Assembly (NCBI RefSeq): GCF_009914755.1
Contig: NC_060938.1
Reading direction: 5' to 3' (one strand)
DNA from: the human T2T-CHM13v2.0 reference genome, Homo sapiens
Length of the DNA stretch: 64,000 bases
Position numbers and translations under genes: made by a program. This document shows positions 41,551 to 55,782 of the stretch, one piece after another (the stretch's first letter is position 1; each line of letters begins with the position of its first letter). Below the pieces are notes generated by a model, which searched no databases, had not been told where the DNA came from, and saw nothing but the letters and a program-made list of their open reading frames with translations.

Positions 41551-42224
41551 TGTTTTATGATTTGAGTTCAGGATTTGTTTAATTCAGGTATGGTAAAGTG
41601 ATAGACACAGACAGGAACAACTGCCTTTGAAATAAGAGCTTGTTTCTTACAGTTCCTAAGAAAAAGGAGCATTGGCATGCCACACAGGGCTGCCCAGGCA
41701 GCGCCAGGATTGGGCAGGAGGCAGGAGTACAGGAAGCATGGATCGAAGCCTCTATGAACCCAGAGGGGAGAAGTCACAAAGTAGGGACAGCCCTTATTCG
41801 GCAGGAAACAAGTCACAGATTTGTTTGTGGCTGGAGGGTTTGTGATATGACTTTTATGCTACCTCAAAAGTGGGACTGAAGGGTGATGTAGACACCTTTG
41901 GCCATTAGTTTGGCCCTGTGATTAGTGCATGTCAAATCATCAATTACAAGATCTGTAGAAGTTGGTTGGAACACCCCACCTTGTGCAGACAGTCTGTTCA
42001 CGCAAGTCGGGCAGGAATCATGAGTGGAAGCGGCATGTGTCACTTCCTGCAAAGGACCAGCACAGGGGACACCACACTCCCTTTGCCTGCCACAGTGGCC
42101 ACGAAAGCACCTCCATCAGCGTGCATTCCCAAGTGAGTACCTGGGTGGCCTGACAGGTCTAGAGTCTTTCAAGGCTCTGCTGGCATCTCATCTGTGAACA
42201 TCCCACTGGCCACAGCAAATCTCA

Positions 42225-43065
<841 letters not shown>

Positions 43066-43909
43066 AGGGCTAAGCCCAAAGTCAAACTTGGTGACCTCTA
43101 TAAAATTACATGGCAAAGGCTGGAGAAAAAGGAAACAGTAAACATTTGGGGTCACATTTACAATTTACCACAGATGGCAAGAAGATAGAGCTGCTTTTCC
43201 CGATATCTGGATGTCGGTTTCCAGCCACCCAAATCTTCCTAAAGACGTGGAAATGCTGTGGCCGCTGCAGCAGTGGGCAGAGGAGTGGTCAGGCCGGGAA
43301 GAGGAGGTGCTCGGGTCATCTTTCCCATCCCCAGGATGGCTGGTGGCCCCCTGTGCTACGTGCATTTGAAGGCCTCACCTGCCTCATGGGTCTGAGGGAG
43401 GCAGCACATAATTAACCACTACTAGGAATTTTAGAATGTATTTTTAGTTCTCTGGAAATGTCTCCCTCATTATTCTTTGTTATTCAACTTTGAAACACAT
43501 GTGTAGGAATCCACTGTGTGTAGAAGTAAGAAACTGCCTATAACCAATGCTTTTCACACCAACAATCTCTCGCTCAAACGAATACAAGCCAGGCTCTTAA
43601 TGTTCTTGTTATAGAAGAATAACTCGGTAAGGTAAATAAAGCTGATATTAAAAATCTAATTTTACATATAAGAAGACATAGAGACAGACGTTAAATGGTT
43701 TGCCCTGTGTCTGAAAGCTCATTAATTGCAGAAGTGTTGAAGGATTGCAGGGCTCCTGACTCTTTGGTCAGGATGCATTATGCAGCCACTCACAGAATCA
43801 TTTTGAGATGGAGAGCCAGAATTCTGGAGAACAGCAGAGTGCTCCTGCAGCATGTCTGTGCAATGAGAGCACAGCAACCCTTCTAGAGAATTTGGTCAGG
43901 GATTGGGTC

Positions 43910-44470
43910 AGGAAATGTTCATGGAGCACCTTCTCCTTTCTCTGTGTCAGGCACTGTGCTATGTTATGGAGACACAGGGGTGGGCAAAACCAGACCCCAT
44001 ACCTGCCCTTAGCAGTATATTCTGTAAGGGGGCTGGAGGATGTAGACCTGAATCAAATATTTGCATGCACAAGTAGAAACATGCAACCCATGTGTACAGT
44101 GAAGGGGAGGCCCTTGGTGCTGCAAAGACCCATAATCACAGGCCCCGGGCTGGGCAGAGGGCAGGGAGAGCTTTCCTGGGGAGCAGTGCTTGAAATATGG
44201 TACAAAGAAGGGGTTGGAGTTATTGAGATAAATAGAAGAAACAGTGTTCCAGGTTAGAGGGTTTAGAAAGTGCAAAGGCCTTATACCTGGGAAAAAGGAA
44301 AGACAAAGGGGTGGAAGGAAAAGCAGTGGCTGAAGCACAGTGGCTCATGAAAGACGAGACTGGATAGAATAGGAGCAGGTCCTCGGGCCTGGAGGATATC
44401 TTCAGACATTTGTGCCTTATCCAAAGAGAAATGGCAAGACATGGACGATGTGAAAGCCAGGGGCTGTCCT
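43910..44470 (-). mobile_element. L2 fragment
   Basis: tgtgtcaggcactgtgct..ttccaggttagaggg..tgcaaaggcc pattern. Confidence 0.6.
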
Positions 44471-46737
44471 CCAGACCATGAGACCTCAGCCAGCTGCCGC
44501 CCAGAGCCAAGTTGCTGCTTTGTGTGCCGCTCTCTCGAAGTGTGGAAGAGCAGATGGGGTGTTTTTACTTCTGCCCCAAAACTTACACATTTCACTAAAA
44601 TATTCCTACTCCATGCTTAGCAATGAGAAACCTTCTCTATGCCATTCTTACCCTTTTGAAATGATACCAGATGCCAAGAAACACCACAGGAGTAGGGCAA
44701 AGAGGTTGAGCTTCAAGGGCAGATGTAGTCTAAGTGTCAGCTGTACCACAAATTGTGACAATAAGCACTTCACCAGGCTTCTTATTTTACTCCCTCTTCC
44801 GTGCAATGAGGCAGCTTGACTCTGGGGCTGGAAATAGTTCTCTCCTCAAGGTGGAGGCAAACGGAGTATCGGACAAATTGATAATCCACGCAATCCAAAT
44901 TGTAATTAGTATAGTCTTTCTCTGGTTATTGAGACAAGTTTTTCACATGAGCTTAGCTTCTGTTTAGCATTTTAACTGTGGGAGAGGGAATGTCCTTGAA
45001 AGTCCTGTGACTCTTTGGTAAAATAAGAACGTACTAATGAAATATGAGAAACATCGAAAGAAATTAAAAGACATTAAAAATCTATTGTGTATCCTGCACT
45101 CCAAAGTCATTTTTAAATGGTAATTACACCTTTGAAGAGCATCTAATTAGTATGAAAAGAACTTTGGATGAATGTGGAGCTCTTCATCTGACTTCAATTG
45201 ATACACAGTGATAATATTCAAGACCAATTTCTGCAGCTTTTATTGCCTGACTGAGCATTGCTCTGTTTCTGAAGTTTAAAGGGATTTTCTAATCTTTTGC
45301 TTATCAGAGGCTGAGCAAAGACCTGTCATGGTTTATGGAGGTAAAAGAGAGGAGGTTAAAGTATTTTTAAGTGCCCTGTGGAAAGTGCTGTCAAGTCCAG
45401 GCTGTGTCAAGCTCATGCTTTGTGGTGAAACAAGGATCTAAGCCACAAACTCCTGAAAAGAAAGTTTCTAGTCCCTTTTTGTCTGGGTCATTCAGGAGCA
45501 TCGAGACAGACACACAGGAGTCTGGTAAGACTCCTGTTCTTCATCCCTGTCATCAGTAACGTAACACTCTTAGTGCTCGCTGTGTGCCTGGCTCTGTGTT
45601 AAGTGCTATTTCAGTTAAATGTTAGCACTGTGAAATGGTTTCAGAAAAAGGCATTTGTGGTCACTCTCAAGTAAATGCCCAAATGGTCTAACTAGCTTAT
45701 TAAGCAGGAGCACTCATTAAAATCTATGAGATTTGCATAAAATGCACTCTGCAGCACCGCTCTCACAGACACAATGGCAACAGCCCTTTGAACTAAGGCC
45801 GTAAGTTTCCTTAATGGGTTACATCAAAATTTAATGGCCCAGAGCTGGGCCACTTAGGTTTACTACCTAGACAGATGTGTTGAATGCTGCTAATGGGAAG
45901 ATTGTAAGGTACTGGCTGTATGATGCCCTTCTTTTAAATTCTGTAATGGATACAGATGCCATTGGTTAACAGTTTTTATTTCTTCCTTAACTAAAAGGGT
46001 TTTATAATAAGCAAGTCAACTATTTTTCTTCGGCAAGGACTTCAAGTACATTTCTGACCTCATCTCCCACTCTCCCTCTGTCCTTTCCATGAATGCCACA
46101 CTGGCCTCCTTGATGCTCCTCAAAAATGCCAAGCTCCTCGGGGCCACTGTATTTGTGCAGCCTCTGCTGGAACACTGTGTACATCTGGGTTCTTGGAGCA
46201 GCAAACACCAGAATAGTATTTGCCACTCAAGAGATTATTTGGGAGAAGTGCCTGTGGAGGAAAATGAGAAGGGGCTGCAGGGGTCTGGGCAGGCAAAGTC
46301 TTAAAATGCAGTGCAATTCTGAGAAACTTTTGGCAAGGCTGGTAGTAGAACCCTCCAGCCCAGGCTGACCAGCAGAGGGGTCCTTCATCTCCTTGCAGCA
46401 GGCCTGCCTTTATACTCCGCCATGCTGGGTTACCGGCTGACAGTGGCAGATTTCAGGGCGGCAGCTGGCTGTTGGCCAGCCGCTAACAGTCACCAGCCCC
46501 CAGGGGCCACGAGATCTGACAAGCCCCTTCCCAGGGCCACCACGAGCTCTCTTGGTCTACAGTTCTCAGGACTGCTTCTCCTACGTTCAGTTTCTGTTAA
46601 ATATCCCCTCTGTGGGGTCTGCCCTGTTCATCTCATATAAACATGTAAATAGCAACCCCTTCATTTCCCCTCACCTTCTACCCCATGTCAGTTACTGTTA
46701 TCTGCTTTGTTTATTCATTGCATCAAGATACAACATA

Positions 46738-47075
46738 CAGTCATCTGTCGGTATTCATGAGAAATTGGTTCCAGGACCTCCCCCAGATACCAGAATCCCT
46801 AGACGCTCAAGTCCCTGATATGCAATGGTGTAGTATTCAGCGTAGCCTATGCACATTCTCCCTATACTTTAAATCATCTCTAGATTACTGGTAACACCTA
46901 CTACAATGTAAATGCTATGCAAATCGTTGTTACACTGTGTCATTTAGAGAATAATAAAAAGAAAAACTTTGTACATGTTCAATACAGTTTAAAGGGCTTT
47001 TTTTGCAAATATTTTTGACTCCTGGCTGCTTGAATCGGCAGATGCACAACTCACAGATACAAAGGACTAACAGTG
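46738..47075 (+). mobile_element. MER2 (Tigger) DNA transposon
   Basis: ttggttccaggacc..gctcaagtccctgatat..tactttaaatcatctctagattac. Confidence 0.88.
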
Positions 47076-47417
47076 CGTTTCCTTGTTGATGTCACATGAG
47101 CTCCCTTTAGCAACAGATAGAAGGACTAACTGTGTGTTTCCTTGTTGATGTCACATGAGCTCCCTTTAGTAACAGAAGGAGTAAGTGTATGTTTCCTTGT
47201 TGATGTCATGAGCTCGCTTGAGTAACAGATACAAAGGACTAAGTGTGTATTTTCTTGTTGATGTCAGGTGAGCTTGCTTTAGTAACAGATAGAAGGACTA
47301 ACTGTGTTTCCTTGTTGATGTCACGTGAGCTCACTTTAGTAACAGATAGAAGGACTGTGTTTCCTTGCTGATGTCACGTGAGCTCTCTTTAGTAACAGAT
47401 AGAAGGACTAAGTGTGT
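47053..47417. repeat. Minisatellite, about 53-60 bp unit, about 6 copies
   Basis: acagatagaaggactaactgtgtgtttccttgttgatgtcacatgagctccctttagta repeated. Confidence 0.92.
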
Positions 47418-47598
47418 ATATATTAATGTATTAGCATAATATATTTATATTATATATTAACATACAATATTATCTTATTATATGTTACATAACATAACTA
47501 ATTAACATGATTAAATAAATGCTATGACTTTACCTGTATATCGAATTATCTAGACTCCTAGAAACATGGTTGCAGGATGAAGACTTTACCCTTGCTGA

Positions 47599-48021
<423 letters not shown>

Positions 48022-48296
48022 TAAATATATTTGTATCTTGTCAATTTATTTGCACTTTTTATTATTTGTATTTATAACAGCTTTGTTGAGGTAAAATCAA
48101 TATAAAAAACTGCACATATTTAATGTACAATTTGATGTTTGGACATATGCATACACTGATGAAACCATCATTAAAATCAAGATTCATTATTCATGCTTTT
48201 GAACCTAGGTTTCATTTTTTATCTATTTATTGTTTCTTTTGTAGTAAACTGTCCAGTACTTGACCAGTTTTTCTATAGAAAGGGCAGTGTTTTATA

Positions 48297-48590
<294 letters not shown>

Positions 48591-48651
48591 TCATTAATGA
48601 TTTCATGGTGTCAATTATACAGCTATATAGATACACACATGTGTTTGTGTA

Positions 48652-49125
48652 TATAGTGAGTTGAATTGTCTCCCCTCAAATGATATGTCCATCTGGAACC
48701 TGTGACTCTGGCCTTATTTGCAAAACAAACAAACAAACAAACAAAAAAAGTCTTGCCAATATTATAAAATTAAGGGTTTTGAAATGAGGTTATCTTGGAT
48801 TATCCATGTGGTCCCTAAATCCAATAAGTGTCCTTATAAGACAAAGACAGACAAAGATTTGACACACACAGATGCACAGAGAAGGCCATGTGAAGACAGA
48901 GGCAGAGATTGGAGTGTGGCTGTCACAAACTACGGGACACTTGAAGCCACCAGAAGCTGGAGACGAGGAAGGGCCCTCCCGTAGGGCCTCCAGAGGGAAC
49001 ACAGCCCTGCCAACACCTTGAGTTCAGACTTGGAGCTTCCGTGGCCGTGAGTCTGTGAGAGAACCATTTCCGAATGTTTTGAGCCACCGAGCTTATGGCG
49101 CTTTGTTCCTGCAGCCCTAGGAAAC
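48652..49125 (+). mobile_element. MLT1 (MaLR) LTR
   Basis: gaggcagagattggagtg..cagccctgccaacaccttg..gcagccctaggaaact. Confidence 0.85.
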
Positions 49126-51564
49126 TCTGTGTGAGTGAAGGTAATTGTGTCTCTCTGTATCTATCAGACTAGTGAATATCAGTGTAACTCAGTGTAATTT
49201 AACTTTACCGCCTCACATCCTTGCTGTCTGACCTAAAGATTAAAAATTCTCTCAGAACTTCTCTAGCTCTTGCTTCTATGTGGTAACTGCATTGAAATTT
49301 TTAGTACATCCTAAAAATTGAAAGATACATGGTAAGCCATGTATCTTTCCTGCCTACCAGTTTGTCATTTTTCACATAATAAAGCAAGGTCACTCAAAGG
49401 TATTTTTTTCTTGTCTCGCTACTTTACACATTCAACCATGTTTATAAGCTCAAAGAAAAGAGATGGCCAGTTTGCTAAAATGAAAATATCATTGAATCCT
49501 GAAGATTTCATTCTTCCATAAAAATTATCATATATAAAGATGACTAAGTATGATTTCAGGCATCACCTTTCATACAAGCCTTCTTCCCTAAGACCTATCC
49601 ACTGCTCTTCTCCACTGTGGTTTTAATATTTTAATGTTTCCATAGCACTAGATTATGAGATCCATGAAATCAAGTATTGTGCTTCCCTGAGTCTCCAGGG
49701 TGCAGCCCTGGCCTTGAGACATAACCAGTGCTTAGTAAGTGCTTATAAGATAAATCCTCAAAACCTTAAAATGAATTAAGTGCTTGTCCACTAAAACATC
49801 CCCCTATGTTGGGGGGCTAAATTCAGACTGTACTGTATAGTTAGGAAGAGCACAAATGCAAATACATGGGGTCATAGGTAATTTGTTTCTTCAAAGACCA
49901 TGTAGACTTCTCTTTGGCAATTGCAAGGGAAATTCTATCAATCATAGTCCACACATGGATATAAGCCATAAGTAACTCTTTTCCATGCTTGCTTAGCACA
50001 AAGCCTTATATACTCTAGATTTGGGGTTATGTTTTTTTTTTTACAGTAATATATGTAAAGCAATGTCACAAATCTGAGCCCCTCACGCATGCAATTTAAA
50101 CACTGGAAACCAACTATGTGGAGAGTATAGCAATGGTTTGACTCTGAGGTAAGAAGCACGGTGAAAGAACTGGAAATAAACCCTGCATCTGAGCTTTATG
50201 AAGAAGCGATTATAATCAATACCAAAATGAAAAAAAGAAACATCAACAGCTACTGTGAACCAAGGTCTTCACAGTTTTGCTTCTTTCCACTAATCTTCCA
50301 AAGAGGTTATTTTGAGACGATATGTTCAAAGCACTATAAGCCATTCTTCTCCAAGAAGTGGTGACAATTACTTTGCTTCTTGCTTCCCACTCCTAAAAGG
50401 GAAATTTAATCAATATTGTCAGTTCTTACAAGAAAAATGGAAAACGCACACACACATTCAAGCTCTACTTCTATAATCAAATAAAACCATCAATAATTAA
50501 TCAAAACTTGACTAGAAGCTCTTCCAGAACCACAAAGCTCACATAGCATCCCAGAGATAGATGATACCATGATCTTTGATGTACACAGTGGAGCATTTGA
50601 TAAAATGGTGATGTTTTTCTGCCATAAGTGGTATAATTACGCTATGTATCATATGCATCCATTTAATAATATCCCTGTTCACAGTCAGCCAGGCATTTCT
50701 CACAAGCTGGCATCTTCACAGGCCACTTGTTCTGCTGATTCCACTTTCTTCTTTAGCTGGGCAGGCTGCAGCCGCTGTTTTTTCCCTTACCAGGCAAACT
50801 GATGATCTAGTGCTTTCTTGCGTATTGAGGTTAGTAGATAACTAACATATTTTAGCACATTCATTATAGCCAGTTTTCCCCTAAGAAAAAATTGCACATT
50901 TGGGTCTTCTGCCTTGACAAATGTGGTGCTTCATCTTGAAAGTTGATTAAAATCATTACCTCTGTAGAAAATTACATGCAAAATGTATTAGTATCCAGTA
51001 TATTCTGATAAGAATGCTTCTCATTCATAACTCTGATACCAACCTGCTCACCGCAAACAAAACAAAACAAAACAAAACAAAACAAAAAATAAAAGAGACA
51101 TACACACACATGCTAAAACTGCATGCGAGCACTCATGGGAATGACAGTGTGTTTTTAACCAACAATAAAACTAAAAATTACTCATCAGTTAAACCATAGC
51201 TCATAATTTAAGAGAAGTTACATTTTGAAGTCCTGTTTTATCTCCAATTGAAATTTCAGAAGGCTCCAGAAATTCTATGGTATAAACTTTGCAATTTTAA
51301 AAATACATCATTTCAAAGCCAGTGGTCTGGAAGAAAATTGCCTATGCTGATGAACAAATATATTATAATTTTCACCAAACCATACAGCACACTTTCTTAC
51401 ATCAACTTTTTTCATCTCATCTCCTGATTCTCTCCCACAACCCATGTGTTAACCACACTTACCTTTTAACTTTTCTCCTAAAATATTAAGCCTTTTCCAA
51501 ACAGTTTTGCTAGACAAAAATCCCCATTCATCTTTCAAGGTCTAGCTCAAGTGTTGCATAACCG

Positions 51565-52600
51565 TTGTTCAAGTTACTAAGGCTGTGTAACAAACAACCT
51601 CAAGACTCAGGTGCCTAGAACAAGCCCAGATTCTATCAGTCAGAGACTTGGACAGGACACAGCAGAAATGCTTGTATCTGCTCTGTCATGCGTGGCATTT
51701 CAGATGCAAAGATCCAAAGGCTGGAGGTGACCCAAAGGCTGTTGGTTGGAATCAACTGGAAACATCATTACTCACATGTCTGGTGGTTGATACTGGTTGT
51801 AGGCTGGGACCTCAGCTGGGGTTCTGATTTGAGAACCTTCATGTGGCCTCTCCATGTGGTCGGGCTTCCTCACAGTACGGGGGTCTTCGGGTATTCAGAT
51901 TTTATACATGGTGGCTCGGGGCTCCTCAGTAAGTGAAGCAGATGCTGCATGATCTTGTAAGAAAGGAAAACTTTTCCTCCATCCTCTTAGGTTCTGCAGC
52001 TTAATTTGTGAATTAAACTGACAAAAGATGGACCAACGAATGAAGAGCATACAAATTTTATTTGTTGTTAATATTTTTATATGCATGGGAACTGCAGAGA
52101 AAGAACTAAAAAAATCCAAAGAAGTGGTTACACTTAGGAGCTTACCTACCATTTTAACAAAGTACGATAAATTGTGGGGAAGCAACCAAAGAAAAGGGGC
52201 TTGGGCTTCTAGGGGCATTAAATTGTAGGAAGGTAAATATATGGGAGAAACTATTATAGATAAGGGTTATTTAGTTGGGTTTCTTTATGTAGAGTAATCT
52301 TGATGCTGTCTCCTCTTCTTGGTATGAGAACAAGGGGACACCTTTATAATGGAAATTTATTCCTTGCTTTTAAGCAGATAAAGGAAGGGTAAACAGCTCT
52401 TCTCGCATCTTCTTTTTCTCAATTGCCTTCAGCTTAAAATAAAAATTAAAAATTTTAAAAATAAAATTTATGCAAAAGTAACATATATTAGGGTTGTATA
52501 TTCTGATACTCTTCAACATTTTCTGGTCTAGCCTCCAGAGTCACTCAACATCAGCATCACTTTCTCTACATTCGGTTGGTTATAAATAAGTCAAAGGACA
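51565..52600 (-). mobile_element. MLT1 LTR interrupted by a MER67-like ERV1 LTR (about 51958-52515)
   Basis: MLT1 motifs (atgtggcctctccatgtgg..gggcttcctcacag) flank an LTR ending agggttgtatattctgatactcttca. Confidence 0.6.
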
Positions 52601-52633
52601 AATAAGACAAAAAAGTATTTGTATTGTTAATAC

Positions 52634-53657
52634 TGAGAGGTGACAACGTGCTAGCAGCCCTCACTGGCTCTCAGCAACCGCTCTGGCAGTGCTCCAGGAG
52701 CCCTTCAGCCCACCGCTGTGCTGTGGGGGCCCTTCTCTGGGGCTGGCGGAGGCCCGGCGGCTCCCTCTGCTCCCCACCAGGTGTGCAGGGAGAGGTGCAG
52801 GCGGGAGCGGGGCTGTGCATGCTCGCGGGCCAGTGCTGGTTCCGGGTGGGTGCAGGCTCAGGGGCCCACACTCGGTGTGGCCGGCCGGTGCCTACTAGGC
52901 TGCCGGAGCACCCAGGCTAGGTGCCGCAAAGTCTCAGGGCAAGTGCCATTGAGAGCTGAAGCCGGCTGGGTTTCTGTGTCGGGTGGGGACTTGGAGAACT
53001 TTTCTGTTTAGCTAGAGGTTTGTAACCGCATCGATCAGCGCTCTGTGTCTAGCTAATCTGGTGGGGACTTGGAGAACTTTCCTGTCTAGCTAAAGGATTG
53101 TAAATGCACCAATCAGCGCTCTGTGTCTAGCGAAAGGTTTGTAAATGCACCAATCAGTGCTCTGTCAAAATGGACCAATCAGCTCTCTGTAAAACAGCCC
53201 AATCAGGTTTCTGTAAAATGGACCAATCAGCTCTCTCTAAAATGAGCCAATGAGTAGGATGTGGGTTGGGCCAGATAAGGGAATAAAAGCAGGCTGCCTG
53301 AGCTAGCAGTGGCGACCGGCTAGGGCCTTCCAGACTGTGGAAGCTCCGTTCTTTTGCCTTTTGCAATAAATCTTGCTGCTGCTCAGTCTTTGGGTCTGCA
53401 CCGTCTTTGGCGGCTGCTGCCCACTCTTTGGGTCCACGCTACCTTTATGAGCTGTAACACTGTGAAGGTCTGCAGCTTCACTCCTGAAGCCAGTGAGACC
53501 ACAAACCCACCAGAAGGAAGAAACTCTGGACCCATCTGAACATCTGAAGGAACAAACTCTGGACACACCATCTTTAGGAACTGTAACACTCACCGCAAGG
53601 GTCCGTGGCTTCATTCTTGAAGTCAGTGAGACCAAGAACCCACCAATTCCGGACACA
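52634..53657 (+). mobile_element. LTR12 (ERV9) solo LTR
   Basis: tgagaggtgacaacgtgctagcagccc..ccaattccggacaca; tandem ccaatcag repeats; 4-bp TSD atac. Confidence 0.95.
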
Positions 53658-53809
53658 ATACTATTGGATGTATGTTTGTCTGGTGTTTTCTTTGGTGAGT
53701 TTGTTTGTTTGTAACTGCTAAAAGAGTAGAGAGGAATGAGAGGGGGTTGAACTGCAACATCACAGAACACCTTAAGATGTAAGATTAAGGATATCTAATA
53801 GGCCATCTT

Positions 53810-54212
53810 AATTTGTGTTGCAACAATCCCCGATATGGGAGTATTGAGAGGGGCGTCCTTTAAGTGGTGATTGGATCACAGGGGTTATCCCCTTATGAAT
53901 CAATCTACTCATGGATTAAAGAACTAATGGGTTAATGGCTAAACGGGTTATCATGGGAGAGGAACTAGTGGCCTTATAAGAAGAAGAGAGATCTGAGCTA
54001 ACACGCTAGCATCCTCGGCCCCTTGCTATGTGGTGCTCTGAACCACCTTAGGGCTCTTCTGATTTCCCGTCAGGAAGAAGGCCCTCACCAGCTGCAGACC
54101 CCCATCCTTGGACTTCTCAGCCTTCGTAACTCTAAGAAATAAGCTTTTTAAAAATAAGTCACCTAGTTTCAGGTATTCTGTTATAAGCAACAGAAAAATG
54201 GACTAAGACAGT
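53810..54212 (+). mobile_element. MST (MaLR) LTR
   Basis: ttggacttctcagcc..ggtattctgttataagcaacagaaaatggactaagaca. Confidence 0.85.
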
Positions 54213-54788
54213 ATGTCTTAAGTAAATCTCACAATTGCCTGTACGGTAGATATAAATAAATATTATTACTCCTATTTTACAGAAGACAGAATCAGAGAGG
54301 CTCAGCAAGTGCCAGAACTCAAATTCAAGTGCAACTCTGCCTGATGGAAACTCAGGTGATTTCCACTCTGCCTCCACCTGCATTCCTCAGCACCATGCAG
54401 TTGGTCCCCAGACTCTATGCTCCATGCTGCTTGTGTTTGTTGGTTGGCTGGTTTTGTGTTCATGTGTTCTGGCTTCTTCATTTTGGGTCTTTACATCTTT
54501 ACATCTCTAGCAGTTCTTCCCATGTTGTGTAGCAGTTGTCTCTACATGACGGTCTGTCTTGTGAGGTTGAGCTCCCTGAAGGCAGCAAGCATGTAATTGG
54601 TAAATTCTCATCAGTTAGCCATGTCTGGAACATGGTAGGTATTCAATAAAGGTTTTTGCTCATTTAATCAACTGTTCATTAGCATTTACTGAACCCCTAC
54701 TGTGTGTCCAACACTGTAGCAGGCACTGAGGATGGAGCGGTGGAGAAAAACAGGCAACACACTCTGCACTCCATCTAGTGTGCAGAAG

Positions 54789-55782
54789 ACATGCAAATAG
54801 TCATATACACTAAAACACCTCCCTCAGCACACTGACACACTGCTATAACATGCAAATAGTCATATACACATGAAAACGTCACACAGCACACTGACACACT
54901 GCTATAACATGCAAATAGTCATACACATGAAAACACTTCACACAGCACACCGACACACGGCTATAACATGCAAATAGTCATACACATGAAAACACTTCAC
55001 ACAGCACACTGACACTGCTGTAACACGCAAATAGTCATATAAACGAAAACACTTCACACAGCATACGGACACACTGCTATAACACGGAAATAGTCACACA
55101 CATGAAAACACTTCACACAGCACACTGACACACTGCTGTAACATGCAAATAGTCACATACACCAAAGTCCTTCACACAGCACACTGACACACTGCTATAA
55201 CACGCAAATAGTCATATACACATGAAAACACTTCAGACAGCACACTGACACGCTGCTGTAACATGTAGATAGTCACAGACATGAAAACCCTTCACAACAC
55301 ACTGACACGCTGCTATAACATGCAAATAGTCATATACACGAAAACACTTCACACAGCACACTGACACACTGCTGTAACATGCAAATAGTCACATACACCA
55401 AAGTACTTCACACAGCACACTGACACATGGCTATAACACGCAAATAGTCATATACACGAAAACACTTCACACAGCACACTGACACACTGCTATAACACGC
55501 AAATAGTCACATAAACAAAACACACAGCACACTGACACATGGCTATAACACACAAATACTCATATACACATGAAAACACGTCACGCAGCACACTGACACA
55601 CTGCTATAACATGCAAATAGTCATATACATGAAAACCCTTCACACAGCACACTGACACACTGCTGTAACATGCAAATAGTCACATACACCAAAGTCACAC
55701 AGCACACTGACACACTGCTATAACATGCAAATAGTCATATACACATGAAAACACTTCGCACAGCACACTGACACACGGCTAT
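54789..55782. repeat. Minisatellite, about 55-62 bp unit, about 17 copies, inside an L2
   Basis: acatgcaaatagtcatatacacatgaaaacacttcacacagcacactgacacactgctata repeated. Confidence 0.95.
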
